A DNA stretch of 63,504 nucleotides, filler included, from Octopus bimaculoides (GCF_001194135.2; 4 parts of 4 records of this genome joined end to end with filler, not necessarily neighbours in it), one strand, 5' to 3'; shown: positions 37,371 to 52,115, counted from the first letter of the whole stretch. Notes: generated from the sequence alone by a model not told the origin. Numbers and translations are program-made.

Positions 37371-39274
37371 ACATATATATATGCATGAGTATACATACAT
37401 ATGTATATATATACATATATACATATATATATACATATACATATATGTATAAATATATATATATGCATATATATAAAGAGAGATGTATACATATATACAT
37501 ATATATATCTATATATATACATACATATTAATAGTGGCATACACATACATATATACTTATGCATATATATATACATATATATGTGTATTCATATATATTT
37601 ATACAGATATGCATATATACATATATTATATAGGCATAGACGTACATATNNNNNNNNNNNNNNNNNNNNNNNNNNNNNNNNNNNNNNNNNNNNNNNNNNN
37701 NNNNNNNNNNNNNNNNNNNNNNNNNNNNNNNNNNNNNNNNNNNNNNNNNNNNNNNNNNNNNNNNNNNNNNNNNNNNNNNNNNNNNNNNNNNNNNNNNNNN
37801 NNNNNNNNNNNNNNNNNNNNNNNNNNNNNNNNNNNNNNNNNNNNNNNNNNNNNNNNNNNNNNNNNNNNNNNNNNNNNNNNNNNNNNNNNNNNNNNNNNNN
37901 NNNNNNNNNNNNNNNNNNNNNNNNNNNNNNNNNNNNNNNNNNNNNNNNNNNNNNNNNNNNNNNNNNNNNNNNNNNNNNNNNNNNNNNNNNNNNNNNNNNN
38001 NNNNNNNNNNNNNNNNNNNNNNNNNNNNNNNNNNNNNNNNNNNNNNNNNNNNNNNNNNNNNNNNNNNNNNNNNNNNNNNNNNNNNNNNNNNNNNNNNNNN
38101 NNNNNNNNNNNNNNNNNNNNNNNNNNNNNNNNNNNNNNNNNNNNNNNNNNNNNNNNNNNNNNNNNNNNNNNNNNNNNNNNNNNNNNNNNNNNNNNNNNNN
38201 NNNNNNNNNNNNNNNNNNNNNNNNNNNNNNNNNNNNNNNNNNNNNNNNNNNNNNNNNNNNNNNNNNNNNNNNNATATATATGTATATATATATATATATA
38301 TACACAAACACACACACATATACCTATATATATGTACATATACCTATATATATATGTGTGTGTGTGTTTGTGTATAAATGTGAAGGTGTGCAACGTGTTG
38401 TTGCTGCTTGAGTGTGCATACAAATATATACACTTGTAGGTGCCTCTGATCATTTTCTAATCATTTTCTACCGGATCGTGCGTGCACATGCTTGTTTATT
38501 GCTAATAACAGCTATGCGGAAAATAGAGATATAAGAGAACATAATATGGTGGATGACGATAAAATAGGAGAAAAGGAAAGAATATTCTGTCAAATAAATT
38601 GGAGTAGAATGCATTTGCATTCGGATATAATAACAGAGTCAGCAAGAGAGGGAAACAGGAAGAAGAAGAATAACGTGGTGGGGTTGGGAGACGGGCAAGG
38701 AGAGATGATAGTACGCGAGGCAATTAGAAAGAAAAAAGTGATTTTTTGAAAAAAAGGTAATAATACGGATGGGTGTAACGCGTGCATATATNNNNNNNNN
38801 NNNNNNNNNNNNNNNNNNNNNNNNNNNNNNNNNNNNNNNNNNNNNNNNNNNNNNNNNNNNNNNNNNNNNNNNNNNNNNNNNNNNNNNNNNNNNNNNNNNN
38901 NNNNNNNNNNNNNNNNNNNNNNNNNNNNNNNNNNNNNNNNNNNNNNNNNNNNNNNNNNNNNNNNNNNNNNNNNNNNNNNNNNNNNNNNNNNNNNNNNNNN
39001 NNNNNNNNNNNNNNNNNNNNNNNNNNNNNNNNNNNNNNNNNNNNNNNNNNNNNNNNNNNNNNNNNNNNNNNNNNNNNNNNNNNNNNNNNNNNNNNNNNNN
39101 NNNNNNNNNNNNNNNNNNNNNNNNNNNNNNNNNNNNNNNNNNNNNNNNNNNNNATACATACATATACACACACGCACACGCACACGCACACGCACACGCA
39201 CACGCACACACACATAAATACATATATATAACTATATATACATATACATAAAGATATATATCTTTATTTATCAC

Positions 39275-39320
<46 letters not shown>

Positions 39321-40244
39321 GCGAGAGAGAGAGAGAGAGAGAGAGATATGGGGAGAGAGAGGGAGAGAGGGAGAGAGGGGGAGAGAGGGGGAGAGAGTTA
39401 AGTATCAATTTGTAATGTGTGCAAGATAGTGAGGAGTTGATATACACGAAAATAATTTATAGAAAAAGTTTGGAAGAATAGAAAAGAGAATCGGAGAAAC
39501 CTGAAGATTATGATGTTTAAAAACCACATGCGTATAAGTACGTGTACAAGGATATATGCATTCGCATACACACACGTATACACAAGCACATACGTAAATA
39601 TGGATGCATATTTGTATACGTATGCGTGTATGTGTATGCCTGTATATTTGTGTACGTATGTGTGTGTGTGTGTGCCTGCGTGTGTTGTGTGCATAAAGAT
39701 ATGTGTGTCAGTGTAGAAAATATTTTCTTGGTGTTAATTATGAATGATTATTTAATTAGAAAATGGATATAATATAAAGGTGTCTATAATTACAATTCCA
39801 TGTTAAATGGTGCTGAATTCTTTGAATTATCGCCGTCATAGGTTTCCAAATTTTAAACCGATGATTCACTGCCGTGTCGAGCAATTTCCGCTTGAGTACT
39901 GCAGTACAACCTGCAAGTAAATATTTATGAATTTTTCAACCGTATTTGCTCTGGGAAAGTAATGATTATGAATACGAAAAAAGAAATATTTACGCCTATG
40001 CGTACGCACACTCACACAACGAGTCAACGTATATCCATATACACACACACAAGGTCCAACTGATGTTTTGATTAACGGGTTTGGTTTCTGAGTTTGGTCT
40101 AACGTCAAAGCTTCTGAGTAACTCCTGTAATCTCGGATCGACGAATGATTCGTAAGTAAAGGATGGTAGTCGGAATAAGCATGGCATACTCTCGTGCAAA
40201 TATACATACATAATATTTAGCAGAAGTAGCAATATCTATATATA

Positions 40245-40300
<56 letters not shown>

Positions 40301-41829
40301 TATAAATTGTAAATGCAAAAATAAAAACAAAAACACAAAGGATTCTGCGGCATACGTGCCTCAAGCTTTATAGTTGTTACATCAGTGTATAAATGATAAT
40401 ACAAAGCTATCTTCAGCCGCAAATGTATTCTCTCCCAAGAATTATATCACATAGGCGTTAAAGGAGGAAGAAAGATGAGATATAAGAGGTGAGGTTCCGT
40501 TTGGTATTTTGCATTGTACTATACCTCGTCGAATTCTTAATTTGATATATTTATACATAATTTCCTCGGTACTCCGGAATCCGTCCATACCTTGCCACAA
40601 TTCAGTGTGTAGTGTTAAGTTGGTGGTTAAAAACAATACAATAGGATAACATAACAAAAATGAAATAATAATATAAAATAAAATAGGAATATAAAATACT
40701 AAGAAGAAAAAATAATACACAGATATTCATACAAAAATAAAACTAAAATAAAATAAAATAAAACATAAAAGGAGTCAAATCGGTGGGGTGGGTAATCTAA
40801 GAAACGATAAGAAACAATATATATATATATATATATATANNNNNNNNNNNNNNNNNNNNNNNNNNNNNNNNNNNNNNNNNNNNNNNNNNNNNNNNNNNNN
40901 NNNNNNNNNNNNNNNNNNNNNNNNNNNNNNNNNNNNNNNNNNNNNNNNNNNNNNNNNNNNNNNNNNNNNNNNNNNNNNNNNNNNNNNNNNNNNNNNNNNN
41001 NNNNNNNNNNNNNNNNNNNNNNNNNNNNNNNNNNNNNNNNNNNNNNNNNNNNNNNNNNNNNNNNNNNNNNNNNNNNNNNNNNNNNNNNNNNNNNNNNNNN
41101 NNNNNNNNNNNNNNNNNNNNNNNNNNNNNNNNNNNNNNNNNNNNNNNNNNNNNNNNNNNNNNNNNNNNNNNNNNNNNNNNNNNNNNNNNNNNNNNNNNNN
41201 NNNNNNNNNNNNNNNNNNNNNNNNNNNNNNNNNNNNNNNNNNNNNNNNNNNNNNNNNNNNNNNNNNNNNNNNNNNNNNNNNNNNNNNNNNNNNNNNNNNN
41301 NNNNNNNNNNNNNNNNNNNNNNNNNNNNNNNNNNNNNNNNNNNNNNNNNNNNNNNNNNNNNNNNNNNNNNNNNNNNNNNNNNNNNNNNNNNNNNNNNNNN
41401 NNNNNNNNNNNNNNNNNNNNNNNNNNNNNNNNNNNNNNNNNNNNNNNNNNNNNNNNNNNNNNNNNNNNNNNNNNNNNNNNNNNNNNNNNNNNNNNNNNNN
41501 NNNNNNNNNNNNNNNNNNNNNNNNNNNNNNNNNNNNNNNNNNNNNNNNNNNNNNNNNNNNNNNNNNNNNNNNNNNNNNNNNNNNNNNNNNNNNNNNNNNN
41601 NNNNNNNNNNNNNNNNNNNNNNNNNNNNNNNNNNNNNNNNNNNNNNNNNNNNNNNNNNNNNNNNNNNNNNNNNNNNNNNNNNNNNNNNNNNNNNNNNNNN
41701 NNNNNNNNNNNNNNNNNNNNNNNNNNNNNNNNNNNNNNNNNNNNNNNNNNNNNNNNNNNNNNNNNNNNNNNNNNNNNNNNNATATATATATATATATATA
41801 TATATACAATCATCGACTGTCTGTTGTAG

Positions 41830-42180
41830 GAGGACGCTAACTGTTCTCAGTCAGAAATCATTTCTAGTAGGCTCGAACGTGGGTTCTTGATATAGCTGCA
41901 GTAAGGGTGCCATCTGGTGCAGGTGAACCTATTTGACGTAGAGAAGAATAGGCGTCTCTCATGTACTCTTTCGCATCCTCTCTATTGTCTCTCCTCAATC
42001 ACTGGAATAAGGGGCTTCAGCGATCAGTTCTATTCACTGCACCGCAGGGCATTCTTTTTCCAGGTGCCTGGGGAGATGTCGCGGTTCTTCATATGTCTCT
42101 TCCGCACATTTGTGTATCGCAGCCTTTGGCCACCACGGCTCCGCATCCTCTGTCACAGTTCACCGTACAAAAAGATTGTG
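41830..42180 (-). mobile_element. RTE-clade LINE 3' fragment
   Basis: LYGEL*...RGGQRLRYTNVRKRHMKNRDISPGTWKKNA...FTCTRW resembles the RTE ORF C-terminus. Confidence 0.75.
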
Positions 42181-42204
42181 TATGTATATATATATGTTCT
42201 AGGG

Positions 42205-42305
42205 TTTCAAAGAATAAGTCCTGGGGTCGATCTGTTCGACTAAAGGTGGTGCTCCAGCATGACCACAGCCAAATGACTGAAACAAGTAAAAGAATAAAAG
42301 AATAT
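42205..42305 (+). mobile_element. SINE family C tail
   Basis: AAAGAATAAGTCCTGGGGTCGATCTGTTCGACTAAAGG...AAAAGAATAAAAGAAT. Confidence 0.8.
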
Positions 42306-42553
42306 AGATACATACATAAAATAAGAATAAAAAAAGGGGATTAAGGAATTCAGGCAGATATCATTAGATCTCTCAGTCGAACATGAATTCGGTTAACTGT
42401 CCGTAATTNNNNNNNNNNNNNNNNNNNNNNNNNNNNNNNNNNNNNNNNNNNNNNNNNNNNNNNNNNNNNNNNNNNNNNNNNNNNNNNNNNNNNNNNNNNN
42501 NNNNNNNNNNNNNNNNNNNNNNNNNNNNNNNNNNNNNNNNNNNNNNNNNNNNN

Positions 42554-42607
<54 letters not shown>

Positions 42608-43337
42608 GTCATGAATATACAAACTTGTTTAAATCTCTATATGTTCGTGTATTTATTTAATACGCCAAATCAGTGTAATAGTCATATGCTGTCTTAAATA
42701 TGAAACGTCTACTATACGAAGCCTGTTGCCAAATTTATTATACCTTCATGTATAATTATTGTTATAATGCAACAGATTTAATAAATATGGCTACATCACT
42801 ACGCTATGTTCTATTTTTGTTTCTTTTTTCTCACTATTCTGGAAACTTGAATCTGGCGAGTTTTATTTTCTTTCGAAATGTGCGAATTTATTGATGTTCG
42901 TGAAAATATGCCAAATAATATTAGTTTTACGTTTTCATGAATATTGTTCGCTTCCACTGTAGCAACGATAAAGATTGGAATTGGTGCATCAAATATTTTT
43001 TGTTAATGGATTAATATAGTATATTATAATTACGCTAGTCTCTTAACTTTTCGTTTTTAACAGCAGAAATTCTTTCACAATTGAAGTTACTTGTAAAAAC
43101 GTCACCCCTGCGAGAAAGTTATTGCTTCTGTGATGACAGATTCATTATTTTAAACACCATGGCACTGCAAAGCAGCACTGAGAAGTTTTCGTTTGAAATT
43201 AGAAATGTAATGTGCAGATTCAGTCTAAAACTGTCACAAAGTACTTTAACACGTAGAAATTTTAATGGCATGCTTTATATTTTGTTGCTGTTAAAAGAGA
43301 AATAAATTACTATCGCATCATTACAAGATGAAGGAAA

Positions 43338-43555
43338 GCGGTGAGCTGGCAGAATCATTAGCACGCTGGATGAAATGCTTGGCGGTATTTCGACCGTCGC
43401 TGCGTTCTGTGTTCAAATTCCGCTAAGGTCGATTCTGCCTTGCATTCTTTCGGGGTCGATAAATTAAGTATCAGAGAAACACTGCGGTCGATGTAATCGA
43501 CTAGCCCCCTCCTTCCAAATTTCAGGCGTTGTGCATTCAGTAGAAGGCATTATTA
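43338..43555 (+). mobile_element. SINE family B
   Basis: Colinear with 28612-28828. Confidence 0.85.
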
Positions 43556-43561
43556 GAATAT

Positions 43562-43705
43562 GAAGGCGCGTGGACTAGTGATTAGGGGCATTGCACTGAT
43601 GATCACAAGATCGCGTGTTCGATTCCCAGGCTGTACGTTGTGATTTGTGCAAAACGCTACACTTCACGTGGACCCGTTACATTTAGCCATAGATGAGTAA
43701 TCTTG
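43562..43705 (+). mobile_element. Degenerate family A-like SINE head
   Basis: GAAGGCGCGTGGACTAGTGATTAGGG...GTTCGATTCCC. Confidence 0.55.
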
Positions 43706-43749
43706 CGAGGCATTTCTTTCAATATGGGCACCACCCGGAAAATAGTTGA

Positions 43750-45175
43750 CTAACCCCTGGCCAGATACGAAGGTACCCGTCACAATCCCTTTCAACCGCG
43801 TCTTCCATACTGTTTCTTTCAATATGGGCACCACAAAGAAAAAAAACAGGCCTTCCTCTCCCCGCTAAGAGAAGAATGCTGCACAATCTCGATGATGGAT
43901 TCAGCTGATAGCTGTATTCCTCCATCGATGACAACAGCTGTTCTGTAAAAAGTATCAGTCTCAATAATTCCGGACATTATACGAATGTGTGCGAGACGGT
44001 TTCCTTATCCTGCTCGCACCTTGGACTTGTCGGTGAGATGGCACTTCCTTGACAGTTTATCACGAACTGGTAACGCCGCACGGAAGCACTGCCAAGCCAG
44101 GGACTTCTGGTAATTATCCAGGTACCCCAGCCCGAACGTTCTTCTAAACACGTTGTTCAACTGACTTTCATCGTAGCCCAGGGTCTCCCTCAAGGCGTCT
44201 TCGGACTTCGATCCCACTATCGTGCTATAGTAATCAGCGGTAGAACTCCTGTTGCGGCATTGCACGTCCGAGAGAGTAGCTGAAGTGCCTGACGGCACTC
44301 CAATTGCCAGGCCCCCAGTCTACGTCTCTGCTTGATCCATGTACCAATGTCCGTTAAGGAGTTTAACTGCGGGAGGTAGAAACGGACGTGCAGTGACCAC
44401 ACCTGCTCTCCGCCAGGTAAAGCCAGAGGTGCCTCGACCTTTCCACAAATTTTTGCCTTTTCAGCCAAGGCATCCCTAACCTACCCTTTAGCGGTTTCTG
44501 GCAGCAAACAGAGTGCTACACAGGTGGCTTTCGTCCATTCCACAAAAAGCGGAAAAGGACTCTCTCCAACTTGCTCAGCCACAAATCGGGGCAAGGTACC
44601 ACGGTCAGGCGTTAGGTAATAACTGATGCTATAAACATCTGCACCACCTCCGCCCTTCCTAGCAAGGATAACGCCGCCTAGACCAGGTCTGGGTCAGAGC
44701 AGTCACCGTGCTGGTCACCTCACTCCAATTCTTCTGTATCTGGAGGTCCGGATCAAACCAGATTCCGAGAAGCTTAACAGGATCTTACGTCCAACGCCCC
44801 ACGACGTTATTGGGCGCCATCGACTTGCCACTTCAGGTGCCGAGTTGCAAACCGACAGACTTGCCCTTGTACCGCTTTGCTTCGGCCACCGCCTCGTAGT
44901 TTTTGATGGCCTCTTCCACCACTGGAAGCTGGCCCTCATACGCCACGATGATGGAGATGTCATCCGCATACGCGGTAGCTCCTCTTCCACATCATAGAGT
45001 ACCGATGGTCGACCCTATCAAACGCTTCAGACTGGTCTAAAAGTGCCAGTGCCCCGACCCCGCGCCAGAAACCTTCGCTACCCTCTCTAAGGTGTAGTGT
45101 ATAAGATGGAAGTTGTCGTGGATCGACCTGCCCGAGATTGTGCAAGTTTGCGCCCTCCCCACAAGTCCGTCCACG
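43750..45175 (-). mobile_element. L1/Tx1-clade LINE ORF2 relic (RT to C-terminus)
   Basis: LDQSEAFDRVDHRY; YADDISII; KLLGIWF; LAWQCFRAALPVRDKL; VWKTRLKG, with deletions and frameshifts. Confidence 0.85.
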
Positions 45176-45180
45176 ATCCT

Positions 45181-45287
45181 CAACTTCTACTCCTCAATAT
45201 AGATGGTTAAAACACATAAAAATAATCAAAATATCAACTTTTTATTTCTATGTGTTTTGACCATACTATACTGAAGAGTAGAAGTTG
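45181..45287. repeat. Imperfect 45-bp inverted repeat (hairpin)
   Basis: 45181-45225 pairs with 45242-45287. Confidence 0.8.
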
Positions 45288-45554
45288 CATATTATTGTAA
45301 TAACTACGAAATCATGATCTATAGTTTAGTCTGTTTGTAAGGGGCTAGCTTTGAGAGTTGCATTTCCTCGAGTTCGGTAAAAATGTGTTTATTATGGTAG
45401 TTTGAACTTAGAGTCCCTATTAGCGTGACGAATTCATGTATAGTAATGCCCTTGTATATATATANNNNNNNNNNNNNNNNNNNNNNNNNNNNNNNNNNNN
45501 NNNNNNNNNNNNNNNNNNNNNNNNNNNNNNNATATATGAAATTTTGAATTTAGT

Positions 45555-45620
45555 TCACGGACCGCCATTACTGCCCTTGCGGGCCACCAGTGGTCTACGG
45601 TCTCCAGGTTGGGAACCATT
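45555..45620 (-). mobile_element. hAT-like MITE end
   Basis: Minus strand reads AATGGTTCCCAACCTGG...GACCACTGGTGGCCCGC, resembling CAGTGGTTCCCAA-type termini. Confidence 0.4.
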
Positions 45621-45689
45621 CAGACTGACGAAATACCGCTAAGCAATTAATTCGGTGTGCTAACGGTTCTAATAGCTCAATGTCATTAT

Positions 45690-46325
45690 AATGGTTTCAA
45701 ATTTTTGCGCAAACCTAGCAAGTTCGGCGAAGAAATAAATTAATTACATGGAGCTCACTGCTGGACTGGTACTTATTTTATCGACTACGAAAGGATGAAA
45801 GGCACAGTGGAACTCAGCGGAATTTGAACTCAGAAAGCATTTCCCAGGCGCGCTAACGATTCTACTACCTCGCCGCCTTATTGTCGTGGCAATATTCTTT
45901 TCTACTCTAGGCAAAGACACGAAATTTTTAGGGAGGGGGCCAGTCGATTAGGTCAAACACAGTGTGCAACTGGTAATTAATTTATCGACCCCGAAAGAAT
46001 AAAAGGCAAATAGACCTCGGCGGAATTTGAACTCAGAACGTAAGGACAAACGAAATACCGCTAAGCATTTCGCCCAGCGTGCTAACGTTTCTTATTTCTT
46101 TATTGCTCACAAGGGGTTAAACATACAGGGGACAGACAAGGACAGACAAAGGGATTAAGTCGATTACATCGACCCCAGTGCGTAACTGGTACTTAATTTA
46201 TCGACCCCGAAAGGATGAAAGCAAAGTCGACCTCAGCGGAATTTGAACTCAGAACATAAAGGCAGACGAAATACCGCTAAGCGTTTGGCCCGGCGTGCTA
46301 ACGTTTCTGCCAGCTCGCCGCCTTG
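45690..46325 (-). mobile_element. Three tandem family B SINE units
   Basis: ATCGAC...GAAAG...CGGAATTTGAACTCAGAA recurs at about 45780, 45985 and 46200. Confidence 0.85.
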
Positions 46326-46740
46326 TTGTCCTGGTAATATTGATTGAATACTAATGGTGGTGGAGGGCACGCATACTAATGAGGATCAGCGGTATCATGA
46401 TATAAGTGAAAGGGCGACGAAGTTGGAAGAAAACACAGAAACTAGCATGAAAGACAACCTACAAAGCTCAATGTTTACTCTGCGTTGATTAAACTCTATA
46501 GAAACTAAACATACCCACCGTGGCCCACACCATACTAAATTATATCCCCATCACCACTCCACGCCATCCACTCCCACCTGTCTACACCCTGATACATCCC
46601 GCTTCATTCCACTCCACTTTGCTGACACCAGTTAATTATACATTTCCACTAGAGTATTGATTACGTGCCTCGATCATTTGCGTGTACATGTCTCCCTAAT
46701 TGCGATTTATCAATTAATACATAAGCATACTCGCAAGTAT

Positions 46741-46744
<4 letters not shown>

Positions 46745-46839
<95 letters not shown>

Positions 46840-46840
46840 T
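46745..46840. repeat. (TG)n microsatellite
   Basis: Direct inspection; one of many (TG)/(TA)/(TACA) tracts that border most N gaps. Confidence 0.97.
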
Positions 46841-46980
46841 GCGTGTGTGTGTATGGTTATGTGTGCATATATATATACAATACAATATATAGAAATATGA
46901 ATTTCTATCAATCTATATATATACATATATATATATATATATACACTTATGTAAATATATATATGAATATATATATGTTT

Positions 46981-47034
<54 letters not shown>

Positions 47035-47320
47035 GAGTATATATATATATATATATATTTATATGTCTATTTATACATGTGTATTTGTATGTACGTATGT
47101 ATTTATGTATATATCAATGTGTGTATGGTTCAACAGAGAATGCATTTATATCTTCCACTGGTGCGTACACATACCTCAACACATATGCACGCTTTCTTTA
47201 CCATTTCTGTATCCTAAACTCTCTGTAAATGAATATATGATGACACACTGCCTTATACACACATAAATATATCGAAATTCACTTAGAACACCTGAATACA
47301 TAGAAAAATATAAGTATTAT

Positions 47321-47369
<49 letters not shown>

Positions 47370-47655
47370 CAACCATATATACGTATATGATGTATATAGG
47401 TATATAAATTTGTGTGAACGTCTGTGCTTGTGTATGGGTATTCGTGGAACTATAAACGCTACATGGTAAATCATAAGTAAATAAATATATTTTCTCATGT
47501 GTACATATATATANNNNNNNNNNNNNNNNNNNNNNNNNNNNNNNNNNNNNNNNNNNNNNNNNNNNNNNNNNNNNNNNNNNNNNNNNNNNNNNNNNNNNNN
47601 NNNNNNNNNNNNATACATATATATATATATTTATATATGTACGTATATATATATA

Positions 47656-47719
<64 letters not shown>

Positions 47720-48578
47720 ATGTGTGTGTGTGTGAGTGTATGTATGTATAATGTAAGTAGGTAATTTATTCAGTCGGTTCAAAGGAACCAATCAAAGACT
47801 TCAATTTGACGATTGCTTTCATTCCTGCGAAAAAAAAAACAATTACTCATCCTTGATAGCTGCGAAGTGTATTTACTCTAACGCTGATTTAGCTAAGGCA
47901 ACACATTAAATCGTTGTGCATTGTTTTGTTTAATAGTATAGGGCACGGTGTAATTGACTCCACGTGATATAGTATTTTAATTGTGGGCATTACATGTAGG
48001 TGTTTCTGTCTGTCAGTCTGTTTGTCTGTCGCTATGCCTGTATATATCTGTCTATCTCCCTGCCTGCCTCTCTATTTATATGTATATTTTATATATATAT
48101 ATATATGCATATATATGCATATATAAATGTATACATAAATGTGTACATAAGTATGTATATATANNNNNNNNNNNNNNNNNNNNNNNNNNNNNNNNNNNNN
48201 NNNNNNNNNNNNNNNNNNNNNNNNNNNNNNNNNNNNNNNNNNNNNNNNNNNNNNNNNNNNNNNNNNNNNNNNNNNNNNNNNNNNNNNNNNNNNNNNNNNN
48301 NNNNNNNNNNNNNNNNNNNNNNNNNNNNNNNNNNNNNNNNNNNNNNNNNNNNNNNNNNNNNNNNNNNNNNNNNNNNNNNNNNNNNNNNNNNNNNNNNNNN
48401 NNNNNNNNNNNNNNNNNNNNNNNNNNNNNNNNNNNNNNNNNNNNNNNNNNNNNNNNNNNNNNNNNNNNNNNNNNNNNNNNNNNNNNNNNNNNNNNNNNNN
48501 NNNNATATACATACATATATATATCTATATATATATATATATGTGTGTGTGCATATATATATATATGTATTCCTCTCT

Positions 48579-48635
<57 letters not shown>

Positions 48636-49394
48636 TGGGTGTGCGTTTTACAAACTCCTCTGAAAGGGCATTTATGGAAATTACAATTATTTCTCTATAA
48701 ATTACATTTCCGTTTTTTTAATATTTTAGTTGCACCAAAAATGGCGATCATTCCATTATAATTTTCCTTTCCTCCATTCTCAATAACGCAAAAGAAACTT
48801 TGATGTTGAAGTGCAATCAGTTATTGGCTGATTTGCTTTAGAGTGAAGGGATGGAACTGTATCACGCTCTCATTTTAGCTGTTTCTTTTAAGGGCTATAT
48901 GTATGCACACACACATACACACACACGCACACACACACACACAGACACACACACACACACACACGCACACACACGCACAATCACACACACACATACACAC
49001 ACACATATGGTTGGATGTATTCATATAGCCGGGCAGAAAACACTGCCGTACACCACCAGCTCACACCTTCATTTGTTTTAACGAGGTATTTGTTTCATGA
49101 AACTTGCTCCACAAATATTCACAAAGTATCGAATTACTCTGCGCTTTAGCACGAATCTATAGAACGAAAAAAAAAAAATATTAAATATGGAAAGAGCTAA
49201 ACTTCTATGTTACTGATCTGAACAAAATATTGTTTGGCAGTGCACGTTTTGTTTCAAGATCTATATTTCGCTTATGCCACGATGATGAACAAAATCCTTT
49301 TGTGACCAGCATTCACTGTTTGAATTTAAGACTGTCGTGTATGAAATAGTTATGTTTTTGCCCTTGTATTATCATTCTCAATTCCTGTATTTCT

Positions 49395-49600
49395 GGCAGA
49401 AATTCAAAAGATAGTGTTCATGGCAACTGCCCATATCCTACGCAAAATACTTTCTATGTAATCTCAAATTTTAAAACACACTCATAATGTTCTTATGTTT
49501 CCTTAATTACTCTCTAGAACAATACTATGTGCAAAAACCAAATATATGACACCCTAGGCATAACACTAACATGAACTTCTATATTGATAATTATAATTAT
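49395..49600 (+). mobile_element. R4/Dong-like 3' end with UTR and (AAT)n tail
   Basis: AEIQKIVFMATAHILRKILSM*; same family as 31992-32404. Confidence 0.8.
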
Positions 49601-49619
49601 AATAATAATAATAATCGGT

Positions 49620-50075
49620 TTAGTTCGTCTACTGGACAGTAGACGATGTAAACAGCTTAGACAGAAACATATGGAAGTTGCTAGCTATATGTGGGATACT
49701 CCACCCAAAACGTGACACAGGCAGATTGCATGTACTAAGAAAAAGAGGAGGAAGAGGACTTATTGGATGCAAACACAGTATTAGAGCAGAAGAAAACAAT
49801 ATAACATGGTATATAAAAATGCTACAGAACCGCTGTTATTGGAAGTAAGAAGGTCAGGCTTGTGTAGAATGGAAGATTGCAAAGACAAAGCACTGTACAA
49901 GCAATTGAAAATGAATGAAACTGAAAAGAGGTGGATGACGAAAAGAATGCGTGGACAATTTCGCAAGGATGTTGAAGATAATACAGACAGAGAAAGAACA
50001 TGGCTATGGATGACTAAAAGTGATGTAAAACCAGAAACGGAGGCTCTAATCTTTGCTGGCCAAGAGGAACGCCTC
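49620..50075 (+). mobile_element. R4/Dong-like post-RT fragment
   Basis: WTVDDVNSLDRNIWKLLAICGILHPKRDTGRLHVLRKRGGRGLIG...WLWMTKSDVKPETEALIFAGQE. Confidence 0.85.
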
Positions 50076-50079
50076 TAAA

Positions 50080-50620
50080 TATTATCGAGGAACCCCACTG
50101 TCCGAAATTTCCTCGAAACCTTAAGAGCAAGTACCCTCTCCAATTCCTTCTCAGCGACTCACAGGTCTGCACTAAGAGAGGCATTCACTCTTGCCATTTT
50201 CGCAACTTCCATTCACCTTTCAATAAACTCACTCGAGGACAGCACCTCCATCTCCACTCTCACTTTCCTTTTCAAGTGAAATTTGAAAAAGTTAATGAGA
50301 GCTCTACCAAAGAGGAATATATCTGTCCTCCTGCCTTGGAGCCTCGTCCACCAAACAACCCTTTCGCAACAGCCACCAGGCAAAGGAAAACTGCCTTGCT
50401 TGCCCAACTGAAGGAGGGCGGCGGTGGTACAATATCACTACAGACACAGCCGTCAGACGTATCCATCCTACACGTGTCTGCAACTGTTCAACGTAACCCC
50501 ACTAGTCAACAATGCCCAGACACTGAACGAGGGCGTGCAAATTAGTTTTGTCACTCTGCGCGCTCCTCGGACAAGTCCGTCTGACAGCACATCCGTGCCT
50601 GTAGATTTTATCTCGAACCT
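50080..50620 (-). mobile_element. L1/Tx1-clade ORF2 C-terminus
   Basis: CAQSDKTNLHALVQC knuckle; KAVFLCLVAVAK; WWTRLQG...LINFFKFHLKRKVRVE; related to 43750-44000. Confidence 0.8.
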
Positions 50621-51059
50621 GTAGCGCCCCGTGGTAACACTGCGAAACCAAGAGCATCATAATAATAAAGCTGATAATCATCATGTCTTTCGTGCTGATG
50701 ACGATTATCATAAAGAGAATGATGGTTTCTTGTATAAATGCACGGGTATCCATTTTAGAAAAAATGTGTGGCTAAATACATGAATGAATCTGAGTACTTG
50801 ACTATTAATTATTTCATGAACCACTGGATAGATGGACTGTCCAGCGATGGAGTCGAACGGAGGTCCATAATCATATGTGGGGCTTTATTTTGAGCGACGG
50901 TCCAAACATCCCCCTATCACCTCCCTTCACCTTCTACACCATATACTACTACCTTTACATACTACTTGGGCGAACCTGACTCTTCACTGGACGGGGTGAT
51001 ATTTGGCCCCCAAATAACATGTTCGACTATCTTGAAAAATATAAGACAAAGAGTTAGCG

Positions 51060-51121
<62 letters not shown>

Positions 51122-51342
51122 TATGAATATGCTGCTAATCAGCACCTCACTAGAACTGTCTTGTCCACAGCAATGGTTTAGAAATGAAAATCTCTCATGT
51201 ATCACTGCATTCAAAGATAGGAACGAGACAAAAAAAAAGAAAACAGGCATAAGGAAATATTTAGCGTAAGAAATTCCAGCATACCATTTACCTCACACTG
51301 TCTTTTAACCTGCTGGTCGGCTTGTTTCTTTCTATCTCCCTC

Positions 51343-51381
<39 letters not shown>

Positions 51382-51392
51382 TCTCTCTCTCC

Positions 51393-51442
<50 letters not shown>

Positions 51443-51864
51443 CTCAATCTAATCAATTTTTCTCTCCCCATTGTTATTAATTTACCACAGATCTACCTGC
51501 AAATTTATGTAACGTTCATATGTAAATTATTCAAAATCTGCACATACACTCATATATGCAAACATGAACACATGCACAAGTACAAACATACACAATAATA
51601 CATATATATACATATACATAGGCACACGCACACATGTGTGTGTATGTGTGTGAAAAACATATTTTTCAATTGTATTACTTTTCTCTCTCGAACACAATAA
51701 TTATAATTGTTAAATCCTTTAATTCGCTTTCAATAATTCATTGAATGAATGATTTAGCGAGGACTCTATACAAATTCCAAAGAATAAGGTTTATTTAACC
51801 TTCCCAAACATAGATACATACACGCATCCATCCATCCATCCGCCCATCCATCCATCTATCTATC

Positions 51865-51923
<59 letters not shown>

Positions 51924-52115
51924 ATATATATATATATATATATGTATATCCATATACATAGATGCAAAGTTACAAATATACATACATATAAATATATATA
52001 TATAATATATACATACATATATATATGTATATGTCTATATATATGCATACATATACATATACATACATATATACATATATATACATATAAATACACACAC
52101 ACACATATACACACA

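Noticed and set aside
40050-40165. YESFVDPRLQELLRS peptide resembling an iGluR motif
   Set aside because: Spacing is off, the acceptor is poor (CGAG) and no donor was found.
50960-51030. Minus-strand candidate exon IVEHVIWGP
   Set aside because: In-frame stop follows, with no compatible donor or partner exon.
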